The notes: generated by a model not told the origin, from the letters alone. DNA of 18,430 bases from Coleofasciculus sp. B1-GNL1-01 (GCA_040220235.1 JAVJTO010000130.1), one strand, 5' to 3'. Numbered from the stretch's first letter, positions 9,015 to 17,387 are shown. A program made the numbers and translations.

Positions 9015-9067
9015 TGTAGATGCACCCTGATAATCAAGAGAGTCGCGCAAGTGACTCTTTTTTTTTT
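9015..9067 (+). ncRNA. Putative ~52-nt small RNA, NsiR1-like 5' motif
   Basis: Promoter, then single-stranded TGTAGATGCACCCTGATAATC, then an intrinsic terminator. GTAGATGCACCCTGATAA matches my recollection of the conserved NsiR1 5' end; this has not been checked by search. Confidence 0.6.
9036..9067 (+). terminator. Rho-independent terminator
   Basis: Stem AGAGTCGC, GCAA (GNRA) tetraloop, GTGACTCT, then a 10-T run at 9058-9067. No + strand protein gene ends upstream of it. Confidence 0.8.
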
Positions 9068-9495
9068 GACATTCCCCCCATTACATTACAAATTTTAACG
9101 GAAAGTAAATTAGTTTATCATTTTGACACCATTGTCCGGAACAGTGATACATTAAAAATTGAAGCAAGCAATAAAGCTTCCAGTGACAGATATTACACTC
9201 CCGTTCACTGTCGAGTTCAGGAGGTAAAATAACTATCAATCTTATTTCGCTTGTATCAGTAATATCTGCCACATCAGATAGTGAAACGATCCAAATTAAC
9301 AATAGCAGCCCAACCATAGCCGCTAATATTTCCTCAATTAATTTGCTGGGAGCAATGCAACTGAAGACCACTCAAGAGTAGTAGTTCAGTGCAACTCTGT
9401 TTAGGCTAGTGATAGCAAGAGGAGATTCCTTAGATGAGTCAGGTCAGGCTGCTATTGTTTTAGCGGGTCTGGCGATTCACCTCACGCCATAAACT

Positions 9496-9587
9496 TCCCC
9501 TGCTCCCCTGCTACCCCGCAGATACAAAGCTGCTCAAGTATTTCCATGCCCGCTGTACTAGCTCCCCCTCTCCTCATCTCCCTGCTC
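9496..9587. repeat. Degenerate pyrimidine-rich TCCCCTGC-type short repeats
   Basis: tcccctgc x2 at 9496-9511, plus ctccccctc/ctccctgctc variants at ~9562-9587. Confidence 0.5.
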
Positions 9588-9782
9588 GTAAACGCCTCGT
9601 GATCGCTACTATAAGATTTAGGTGTCAATCAGCCGTCGGTTGACCAATAAAAAGGACTAGATAACTAAACCCTTAAATCTGGGGTGGGCTTAACGGGACA
9701 TCCTTTCCGACGCCGCACCCGAAACCATGACTCGTCATCAGACGAGGCTTTTTGCCCAGCGAAATAGTTTGACAGTTTTGCC

Positions 9783-10262
9783 ATGACAATTTATTTTTAT
9801 AAGGTTGAGAAACCCTATGGCTGCTTTTCCAACTTCTCTCCCCACCCGATCCAGATCGATGGCTGGTGTTGGCAAACCGTTGAGCATTACTATCAGGCGC
9901 ACAAGTTCGTCGGGACGACAGACGAAGCCTTGATCAGGACAATCAAAAATGTGGCAACACCAATGGAAGCCGCCCTCCTCGGACGCGATCGCACCCGGAA
10001 TCATCGCCCTGATTGGGAACAGGTAAAACAACAGATTATGTGGCGAGGGGTTTTGACCAAATTTCTGACCCATCTTGATATTCAGCAAATCCTGCTGAAC
10101 ACCGGAGAAGAAATGATTGTTGAAGATTCTCCCACAGATTACTACTGGGGGTGTGGTCAGGATCAAACTGGTGAGAATCATTTAGGAAAAATGCTGATGA
10201 ATGTTCGTCAACATATCCGACAACATTTAGCACAGGCGAACTGCAAACTCGTGGATCGGTAA
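9783..10262 (+). CDS. NADAR family protein (YbiA/RibX-like N-glycosidase)
   Basis: PYGCFSNFSPHP, WQTVEHYYQAHKF, RPDWEQVK, KFLTH, EDSPTDYYWGCG and GENHLGKMLM motifs. Confidence 0.93.
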   Translation: MTIYFYKVEKPYGCFSNFSPHPIQIDGWCWQTVEHYYQAHKFVGTTDEALIRTIKNVATPMEAALLGRDRTRNHRPDWEQVKQQIMWRGVLTKFLTHLDIQQILLNTGEEMIVEDSPTDYYWGCGQDQTGENHLGKMLMNVRQHIRQHLAQANCKLVDR

Positions 10263-10325
10263 ATCTGAAACAGACGCATACTCTGGCGCTTTCAGGTGAT
10301 TCAGAGGAAACGGTAGAATCACATT

Positions 10326-10447
10326 TATAGCACTACGAGGTACGGAAAGGACATCAGTTGATCCCAAGAGGGAACAGGGAACAGGGAACAGGGAACAGGG
10401 AACAGGGAACAGTACAGAATGTCCTAACCTGTCTTGGTACTGCTATA
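10326..10447. mobile_element. 122-bp MITE-like element with 29-bp imperfect TIRs enclosing (AGGGAAC)6
   Basis: Left TIR TATAGCACTACGAGGTACGGAAAGGACAT (10326-10354). Right 10419-10447 reverse-complements to TATAGCAGTACCAAGACAGGTTAGGACAT (21/29 identical). Heptamers lie at 10369-10410. Both ends are TA. Confidence 0.65.
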
Positions 10448-10662
10448 CCGTCTGATTCGCTGATGTGCATCTAATTTGTCTTTAGGGAATCCTGATCAGG
10501 GGTGTAAAAGGTGGGAGGGTATGCCCATTAAAGGCGTGACATACAACTCAGGGCGTTCAGGTTAGGGTGCGCTCACGGCTGAGTGTTATGTGAAAACTGA
10601 TTTCAGCTCAAAGAATCCTTACACTATAAAGTTAAGTATATTCATACAGATTTGCGAAATCG

Positions 10663-13599
10663 GTGCATCGAGCTAACCATCTGATTCGTAACTTGGATTG
10701 CCCTCTAACCCAGAATCAGACCGCGTTTCATAGGAGTAGGACAGTGTTACAACCAGAACTCGATCAAGAAGACTTGTTGCGCCGGATCACGAATCGGATT
10801 CGCCAATCATTAGAATTACAAGAGATTTTAAATGCCACAGTTGCAGAAGTGCGATCGTTGCTAGGAACCGATCGCGTCATGGTTTACCGCTTTAATGCGT
10901 CGGGTGGTGGACAGGTGATTGCTGAATCAGTCAACACCAATCGACTTTCGTCGCTCAACGGATTAAACTTTCCTGCGGATGATATTCCCGAACAAGCGCG
11001 TCAATTGTACCTCACCGAGCGCTTGCGTTCCATTGTGGATGTTTCCGAGGGGCTGATTGGTTTATCACCCTTAGAACCCTCAGAAACGGAGAATCGCTCC
11101 ACCCCGCAACCGATTCACTATCGTCCTGTCGATGCTTGTCATACCAAGTATTTACGAGCAATGGGTGTTCAGTCTTCCATGGTTTTACCCATTGTCCATT
11201 ATGATATTCAGGCTCAACGGTCTCAGAAACGACTCTGGGGACTGTTAGTCTCTCATCACGTCACACCCCGTACCATTAGCCAACGGGAATTGCAGATTGT
11301 CCAATCAGTGGTGGATCAGGTGTCCATTGCCATTGCTCAGTCTAATCTCTTATCCCAAACCCGTCAGCAGCATCAGATCGAAGCGACGATTAATCGTGTC
11401 TCCACCTTGCTGCATTCGTTACCCACAATTCAACTCCAAGCTGCTTTACAAGAAACGGTTAGCGCTCTATCGAGTTGGGGAGGTAGACTCTATATCGCCC
11501 CAGACCGGGTGAATCCGAGGGCAGAGTGCCTGATATATGGTACACAACCTACATTTGGAGATGAAGACAGTCCGACGACGATTGAAGAGCATCCCGTGTT
11601 TGTCCAATGGGTAACAGGGGATAGAACCGTTGACCCAGCCAATGGCTCATCTGCATCCAATTCGACTCCCGCCGGTTGTCAGCCACTCATCGTCAACGAT
11701 TTGCATCAAGTCTCAGAGTTGGCGAGTCTAGTTCCAGCCTTTGATGGGACTCCAATTCGAGGTTGGTTAGTAATACCCTTGTATTATCGCTCCTCATTCT
11801 TGGGTTATCTAAGTATTTTTCGCTCCCAAGTGGTGCAAGAAATTTTGTGGGCGGGAGAGTTTAACCCCAATGAAAAACAACGCAGTCCCCGTGAATCTTT
11901 TGACCAGTGGCGAGAGGTCAAACGGAATCAAACTCAACCGTGGACGAATTACGACATTGAACTGGCGATCGCACTCGGTCATCATTTTGCCATGGCGATC
12001 GAGCAATATAAACTCTATGCTCAGGTACAAGCCCTAAATAGTAACTTAGAATGCCAAGTGGCTGAACGCACCGCGAAGTTACAGCAATCTCTAGAGCAAG
12101 GGCGGGCGCTACAGCGAGTGACCAACCAAATTCGCAGTACTCTTGATCTGAAACTCACCCTACAAACGATTGTACGAGAAGTTCGTCAACTGCTGAACAC
12201 TGACCGAGTGATCATTTATCGGTTTACTGATGATTCCCACGGTCAAGTTATTGTGGAATCAATGACAGGTCAGTGGTTATCACTTTTAGATATTGACGAT
12301 CCGCAGCAGTATTTCTCGAAAGCCCAGATTCAATTGTATCAGCGGGGTAATTTAGGAGTAATTAAGGATGTCACTCAAGCTCGATTAACTCCGGATCAAC
12401 AAGAGTTCTTAAAACGTTGCCAAGTGCAAGCCGCTTTAATTGTTCCCATTGGGCAGGAAAATCCTCAAGCTAATGAGATGCCAGTTATGCTGGATAGTCT
12501 TCCTTGTCCCAGATGGGAGCAACCTCTCTGGGGATTTTTAATTGCTCAAGAATGTAAAGCTAGGCGAGACTGGCTCCCCTCAGAGATTAAACTGCTGAAA
12601 AAGTTAGCCGATCAAGCGGCGGTAGCGATTCAGCAAGCGGAATTATTTACCCATACTCAAGCCCAAGCGCAGCAATTGGCAAGTGCATTTCACCATCTCA
12701 AGCAAACTCAAGCCCAACTGATTCAAACCGAAAAAATGTCGAGTCTAGGACAGTTGATTGCTGGAGTAGCTCACGAAATTAATAATCCGGTGAATTTTAT
12801 TTATGGCAACCTGGTTTATACCAGTCAGTATGCTCAGGATTTACTGAATATTATTCATTCCTATCAGAAATATTATCCTCAGCCAGAGCCAGAGATTATT
12901 GAATTGTTAGATGTCATCGACTTGGAGTTTTTAGAAGGAGATTTACCCAAGCTTTTAGAGTCGATGAAAATGGGATCGGAACGGATTCGCAAGCTAGTTT
13001 TGTCGTTGCGAAATTTCTCCCGCCTTGACCAAGCCGAGAAAAAGTTAGTGGATATTCATGAAGGGATAGAGAGTACGCTACTAATTTTACAATATCGTCT
13101 GAAAGGGAAACCCAATCATCCAGGGATTCAGGTGATCAAAAATTATGGGGAGTTGCCGCTGGTTGAATGCTATCCCAGTCAACTCAACCAGGTTTTTATG
13201 AATGTTTTAAGCAACGCGATCGATGCGTTAGAAGACTGTAATCCAGATAACCAGAGGATTACGATTTCCACAAGTGTTAAATCTAAGACTGTGGAGAACC
13301 AATATAGTCCGAATAACACCACACAAATAGAGAAAAATCAAGACTCATCTCCAAGTCATATCATCATTCAGATTGCTGATAGTGGTTCAGGAATTAGCCC
13401 AGAACTTCAATCACAAATTTTCGATCCCTTTTTTACAACTAAGCCGATTGGTAAAGGAACGGGTTTAGGGCTTTCGATTAGTTATCAAATTATTGTGGAG
13501 AAACATGGGGGAATATTTAAATGCAGTTCTCAGCCAGGAGAAGGAACTGGATTTTGGATTGAGATTCCCATTCGTCAGTCTCAAAGCGAGGATAAATAG
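10663..13599 (+). CDS. Knotless phytochrome sensor histidine kinase (nGAF-PHY-GAF-HisKA-HATPase), AphC/Cph2-like; start may be GTG at 10744
   Basis: GAF1 has FPADDIPEQAR and the bilin-binding RPVDACH (Cys codon 11137). The PHY tongue has WAG...PRESF..WRE. A third GAF follows. H-box AGVAHEINNPVNFI; QVFMNVLSNA; DPFFTTK; GTGLGL. An in-frame GTG at 10744 has AGGAG at 10732-10736. Confidence 0.93.
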   Translation: MHRANHLIRNLDCPLTQNQTAFHRSRTVLQPELDQEDLLRRITNRIRQSLELQEILNATVAEVRSLLGTDRVMVYRFNASGGGQVIAESVNTNRLSSLNGLNFPADDIPEQARQLYLTERLRSIVDVSEGLIGLSPLEPSETENRSTPQPIHYRPVDACHTKYLRAMGVQSSMVLPIVHYDIQAQRSQKRLWGLLVSHHVTPRTISQRELQIVQSVVDQVSIAIAQSNLLSQTRQQHQIEATINRVSTLLHSLPTIQLQAALQETVSALSSWGGRLYIAPDRVNPRAECLIYGTQPTFGDEDSPTTIEEHPVFVQWVTGDRTVDPANGSSASNSTPAGCQPLIVNDLHQVSELASLVPAFDGTPIRGWLVIPLYYRSSFLGYLSIFRSQVVQEILWAGEFNPNEKQRSPRESFDQWREVKRNQTQPWTNYDIELAIALGHHFAMAIEQYKLYAQVQALNSNLECQVAERTAKLQQSLEQGRALQRVTNQIRSTLDLKLTLQTIVREVRQLLNTDRVIIYRFTDDSHGQVIVESMTGQWLSLLDIDDPQQYFSKAQIQLYQRGNLGVIKDVTQARLTPDQQEFLKRCQVQAALIVPIGQENPQANEMPVMLDSLPCPRWEQPLWGFLIAQECKARRDWLPSEIKLLKKLADQAAVAIQQAELFTHTQAQAQQLASAFHHLKQTQAQLIQTEKMSSLGQLIAGVAHEINNPVNFIYGNLVYTSQYAQDLLNIIHSYQKYYPQPEPEIIELLDVIDLEFLEGDLPKLLESMKMGSERIRKLVLSLRNFSRLDQAEKKLVDIHEGIESTLLILQYRLKGKPNHPGIQVIKNYGELPLVECYPSQLNQVFMNVLSNAIDALEDCNPDNQRITISTSVKSKTVENQYSPNNTTQIEKNQDSSPSHIIIQIADSGSGISPELQSQIFDPFFTTKPIGKGTGLGLSISYQIIVEKHGGIFKCSSQPGEGTGFWIEIPIRQSQSEDK

Positions 13600-13639
13600 G
13601 GGCTGCTGAATAACCACAAGACTTATTCAGCAAGCCCTA
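13597..13639. repeat. Inverted repeat (TAGGG-CTGCTGAATAA / TTATTCAGCAAGCCCTA): hairpin or collapsed MITE between convergent genes
   Basis: ~16-bp arms with a 9-nt spacer, overlapping the stop of the phytochrome gene; could act as a terminator. Confidence 0.6.
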
Positions 13640-13787
13640 CTTATTATTTCCTTATTCCGCCGATCGCGTCTAGGGGATTGTTGGCAGAAAATAGTCTCAA
13701 TCATACCCCGTCTGATGCGATCGCACTTCACTCATCTTAGGAAAAGTTAACCAACGTGCGTGCGATCGCCTTTTTTAACCCAAGTTA

Positions 13788-14261
13788 TTAAGGTTTTATG
13801 GTAATTTCTCCTACCATACCTGCTTCTGTATGTCCAGAAATTGAACAATGGAGTTCGTAGGTTCCGGGTTTCATTGGCACAAATACCCACTCAGCCTCGC
13901 CACCGGGTTTGAGTTCTAATTCATGGATTGCCCCTTTAACTTCGACTTTGGCGGCTTCTACTTTTTGAGTCCAACTCGCATCGGCGAAGTCTTTGGCGGT
14001 GAAGTAGTGCTTTTGGGGACTGGGATTATCCAGCAATAGTTTGTAGCGTTTGCCCGCGACAAATTCAAATTGGTTGGGGAAGAACTTCAATTCATCGGCT
14101 GAATTGCCTAAACTCACGTTGACCTCTATGGCGGGAGTCGCCGCTATCGCAGGTAAGCATACTAGGTTAATTCCGAGAATTAGTCCAATGATTGCGGTTA
14201 CGCATCGGCGCAGCCATTGATTTTGCCAGGGGTGATTTAAGCACATTTTTATTGACATCAT
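13788..14261 (-). CDS. Exported cupredoxin (type-1 blue copper) domain protein
   Basis: Signal/TM segment; KHYF His and ELHCSISGHTEAGM (Cys-His-Met ligands). The likely start is ATG 14261, 14258 or 14246, because the ORF-track extension to 14312 runs into a repeat. Confidence 0.88.
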   Translation of the reverse strand: MMSIKMCLNHPWQNQWLRRCVTAIIGLILGINLVCLPAIAATPAIEVNVSLGNSADELKFFPNQFEFVAGKRYKLLLDNPSPQKHYFTAKDFADASWTQKVEAAKVEVKGAIHELELKPGGEAEWVFVPMKPGTYELHCSISGHTEAGMVGEITIKP

Positions 14262-14285
14262 ACTATTCAGATATTGCACCATTAG

Positions 14286-14344
14286 GTTGGGTTGAGCGAA
14301 GTCGAAACCCAACGGAATCTGGGGCTAAAGCCCCGACTACGAAC
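14286..14344. repeat. Small dispersed repeats: GTTGGGT-TGAGCGAAGTCGAA-ACCCAAC hairpin plus GGGGCTAAAGCCCC-GACTACGAAC
   Basis: 7-bp inverted arms around a GAGCGAAGTCGA core at 14286-14313; a second palindrome at 14321-14334. Confidence 0.7.
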
Positions 14345-17145
14345 TACGAACCCGCCGTTACGATTACTAGATTATCAGGATGGAGTAATTCTTTCGCCGC
14401 CTGATTGACTTGTTTGACGCTAACGGCTTCAATGTGACGGACAAACTCCCGCAGTTCATCGGGGGTTAACCCATACACTTGATGGTCGAGAATGGTTTGG
14501 GCTAAGTTGTCAGGATGGGCAAGGGTGACGGGATATTGGCTGGTAATTGAGCGTTTAGCGGTAGCTACCTCAGTTGCTGTTACCCCCTGCTCTTGGATCT
14601 GTTGCAGTAGCGTAATGGTATTGGCGATCGCACGTTGAGTATCTTCGGGGGCGGTTTGCATTTCAATCACAAAGGACCCATCATAGATTCCGGTTTGAAA
14701 GTAACTGTAAATCCCATAGGTTAAGCCTAAGCGATCGCGGATCACGCTTCCTAATCGACTGGCTAGGGTATCGCCGCCGATGATTTGATTGAGAACTAAT
14801 GCAGCATAGTATCGCGGATCAGTGCGATTCATGGCGTCGTTTCCCATCAAGGTGACGGATTGGGATTTTCCGGGTAAGCGTCGATTGACTTGTACGGTGC
14901 TAGGAGGTAGCTGAACCGCTGGAACAGTTAACTGGGGCGGCTTTCCGGTGGCTGTCCAACTACCGAATTCCTGCTCGAGGAGCGATCGCACTTGCTGGGG
15001 GTTAAAGTCGCCGACTAGGGTAAGGATTGTGCGATCGGGACGATAATAGGTCTGATAAAATTGCACCACATCCTCACGAGTAATCTGACTCAGACTTTCT
15101 GGCGTTGGGAAACTGTGAAAGGGATGATCTTTGGGATAAAGGGTTTGGGCTAAGGTTCGTTGGGCGACAGAGGCGGGATCATCGAGTTCGATTTGCAGAT
15201 CTGTTAATGCCCGTTGACGGCTTAATTCCAATTGATCTGGGGGAAATATTGCCCGTTGTAAGACATCACTGAGGGGTTGAATTAAGGAGGATAAATCAAC
15301 AGACAGGGCACTCGCTGTAATAAATGTTCCTTCCCGCACTGTATAAAAGTCTAGATCAATTCCCCGATCATCTAAACCTTGAGCCAGGGTTAATGCATCC
15401 TGAGTCTGAGTTCCATTCATCAGATTGTCGGCGGTAAGTTCGGCGACACCGGACTTTTGAGGGGGATCATTGGCGCGACCTGCTTTAATATATCCCGTTA
15501 AGGTGACAGTAGGTGTACTGCGATCGCGTAACAGCAAAACTTGTACTCCTGAGGTTAACGTCAATCGTTCTGGTAAGGGTTGAGTTGGGGTTAAGGTTGC
15601 ATCTGCAACCACAGGAGGCAAATATTGGGCGACTTCTGCGGGATCGACGGGAGAGTCAGCATAAAAATGTTCCGTTGTTTTACTAAATTCACCGATACCG
15701 TGACTGGGTTCGTCCTGAATCTGAGTCGGTTGGAAGAAGCCAACGGTACGCTGTTGGGGAGTAAGATAGGTTTGGGCAACACGTTGTACCGCTTGGCTGG
15801 AGACTTGAGCAACGGCGGCTAAATACTGATCCGTAAACCGATAATCCCCAGCGGTGGTATGATTTGCTCCTAATTGGAAGGCTTGACTGGTGACATCGCG
15901 GTTGTCCAGAATCAGTTCAGCTTTCAGTTGGGCTTTAGCGCGATTCAGTTCAGCTTCAGTGACACCCTGATTTTGTAAAGATGCGATCGCCTCTTGGAGA
16001 ACCCGTGCGATCGCGTTAAGATCTTCACCAGGATCTGTGGTGACAAATAGAGCATACCAGCCGCGATCGTGAAAATTCGCCGCATATCCCCCTGCATCAC
16101 TTGCCAATCCCGACTCGACTAAAGCCTGATAGATGCGAGAACTCCGTCCTGATGTCAAAATATAATCCATCACATCAATAGCGGCAACATCCGGGTGAGT
16201 CACATTCGGGAGAGGATAAACCACCTGCACCAGCGCTGCACTACCCGGTTGTTCCAAAATCACCAAATTCTCCCCATCTGACACACCGAGCGAAGCCGAG
16301 GTGTCCCTATCTCCCTCATCTGACACACCGAGCGAAGCCGAGGTGTCCCCATCCCCAGGCTGACGTGCATCAATAGTGCCAAAATGCTGGTTCACCGCCT
16401 TCAACACCGCATCCGTTTCAAAATCACCGACAATAATCACCGTGGCATTATCAGGACGGTAATAGGTGCGATAATAATCCTCAACTTGTTCTAGCGTAAA
16501 CCCTTCTACATCCTCCTTCGTCCCCCCAACAGGTAATCCATAGGCATGATTAGGAAAAACCTGGCGCATGATTTCGCGATCAAGGCGATATCCTGGCTCA
16601 TTTTCGTACCCTTCCAATTCTGAAATAACCACCCCTTTTTCCGTCGCCAGTTGTTCAGCATTAATCTGGGCATTTTGCATCCGATCTGCTTCCAGAATCA
16701 GCAAAGCTTCGAGTTTATCACGCTGAACGGTGTTGTAATAAGCCGTTTGATCGTAACTGGTAAACGCATTGGAATCTGCCCCTAACGCACTCAGTAGGCG
16801 ACCAAATTGAATCGGACGATTAGTCGTTCCTTTAAACATTAAATGTTCCAGTTGGTGCGAGATTCCATTTAATCCTGGGGTTTCATCCCGTGAACCCACC
16901 TTATACCACACTTGGACGGTGACAACTGGGGCGGAATGGACTTCTTTGGTGAGAACAGTTAAGCCGTTGTCCAATACAGTTTTACGCACCGTTTCAGTGA
17001 GAGACAAGGAAGAATCAGAGTTAGTGTTGGGTAGAGAGGTTTGACTCAAAGTGGCTGTATTCGAGAAAAGCAGCACAGCGCTAAGGCAGAGGCTAAACAG
17101 GAGAAGGGGGACGAAATAGCGATTGAGAAAATGAAACCCAGGCAT
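14344..17145 (-). CDS. M16 family (pitrilysin/PqqL-like) zinc peptidase, two fused M16 modules, exported
   Basis: N-terminal signal peptide; LDNGLTV; WYKVGSRDE; inverted zinc motif HQLEH; NAFTSYDQT. The second module lacks HxxEH and has SRL..IRDRLGLTYG. Confidence 0.95.
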   Translation of the reverse strand: MPGFHFLNRYFVPLLLFSLCLSAVLLFSNTATLSQTSLPNTNSDSSLSLTETVRKTVLDNGLTVLTKEVHSAPVVTVQVWYKVGSRDETPGLNGISHQLEHLMFKGTTNRPIQFGRLLSALGADSNAFTSYDQTAYYNTVQRDKLEALLILEADRMQNAQINAEQLATEKGVVISELEGYENEPGYRLDREIMRQVFPNHAYGLPVGGTKEDVEGFTLEQVEDYYRTYYRPDNATVIIVGDFETDAVLKAVNQHFGTIDARQPGDGDTSASLGVSDEGDRDTSASLGVSDGENLVILEQPGSAALVQVVYPLPNVTHPDVAAIDVMDYILTSGRSSRIYQALVESGLASDAGGYAANFHDRGWYALFVTTDPGEDLNAIARVLQEAIASLQNQGVTEAELNRAKAQLKAELILDNRDVTSQAFQLGANHTTAGDYRFTDQYLAAVAQVSSQAVQRVAQTYLTPQQRTVGFFQPTQIQDEPSHGIGEFSKTTEHFYADSPVDPAEVAQYLPPVVADATLTPTQPLPERLTLTSGVQVLLLRDRSTPTVTLTGYIKAGRANDPPQKSGVAELTADNLMNGTQTQDALTLAQGLDDRGIDLDFYTVREGTFITASALSVDLSSLIQPLSDVLQRAIFPPDQLELSRQRALTDLQIELDDPASVAQRTLAQTLYPKDHPFHSFPTPESLSQITREDVVQFYQTYYRPDRTILTLVGDFNPQQVRSLLEQEFGSWTATGKPPQLTVPAVQLPPSTVQVNRRLPGKSQSVTLMGNDAMNRTDPRYYAALVLNQIIGGDTLASRLGSVIRDRLGLTYGIYSYFQTGIYDGSFVIEMQTAPEDTQRAIANTITLLQQIQEQGVTATEVATAKRSITSQYPVTLAHPDNLAQTILDHQVYGLTPDELREFVRHIEAVSVKQVNQAAKELLHPDNLVIVTAGS
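16275..16349. repeat. Two identical 33-bp repeats (42-bp period) with SDR-like core CGAGCGAAGCCGAG inside the peptidase CDS
   Basis: CATCTGACACACCGAGCGAAGCCGAGGTGTCCC at 16275-16307 and 16317-16349; encodes DTSASLGVSD twice. Confidence 0.9.
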
Positions 17146-17229
17146 ACGGTTAAGAAGACTGCTCCTTTAATTTGAGCATTGTACCGTGTAGAGGAACTTC
17201 AGAGCATCCGAGAAGCCGAAACCCCATCC

Positions 17230-17362
17230 CGTCGGGTGGGCATTGCCCACCAACCTTGTCGGGGCGACCCGCCGTTTGTCTTTAGAATAGAAAAATACTG
17301 TAGGGGCGACCCGCCGGATTTAATTAACACCATCCAACCTTTAATTATGTCGGGTCGCCCTC
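17230..17362. repeat. GTAG/GTCG-type small palindromic repeats (GGTGGGCATTGCCCACC; GGGGCGACCCGCCG x2 and its inverse CGGGTCGCCCT)
   Basis: Hairpin at ~17236-17252. GGGGCGACCCGCCG occurs at ~17260 and ~17303, and the inverted copy at ~17351-17361. Confidence 0.7.
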
Positions 17363-17387
17363 CGGTGGGTATTGGTAATATCTAATA

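Larger units (their letters stand above)
1390..16070. repeat. HIP1 octamer (GCGATCGC), dispersed, more than a dozen copies
   Basis: Seen for example at 1390, 2004, 2782 and 7654, and repeatedly between 13700 and 16070. HIP1 is a hallmark of many cyanobacterial genomes. Confidence 0.9.

Noticed and set aside
9135..9140. TCCGGA (DIF1-like motif) downstream of the sRNA; also at 6571
   Set aside because: A 6-mer expected by chance, with no convincing -10 at the right spacing. The 6571 copy is part of a TIR.
9020..9232. 70-aa + strand ORF (MHPDNQES...)
   Set aside because: It runs through a strong terminator and T10 tract and has no recognisable motif; the sRNA interpretation fits better.
9081..9371. 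96-aa - strand ORF and the overlapping + strand Ser/Ile/Asn-rich frame (SGGKITIN...)
   Set aside because: No RBS or family motif. It could be a decayed gene fragment, but this cannot be supported from the sequence.
9783..10262. NADAR as antitoxin of a DarT1-NADAR toxin-antitoxin/defence system
   Set aside because: No adjacent ADP-ribosyltransferase gene; it looks like the stand-alone YbiA-like type.
10538..10590. CTCAGGGCG...CTGAG stem resembling the start of an FMN riboswitch
   Set aside because: It lacks the conserved GTGAAATTCC/ACCGGCGGT and later FMN motifs; only a generic hairpin.
14262..14312. N-terminal extension of the cupredoxin ORF to 14312
   Set aside because: It begins inside a dispersed repeat hairpin; downstream ATGs give a normal signal-peptide position.
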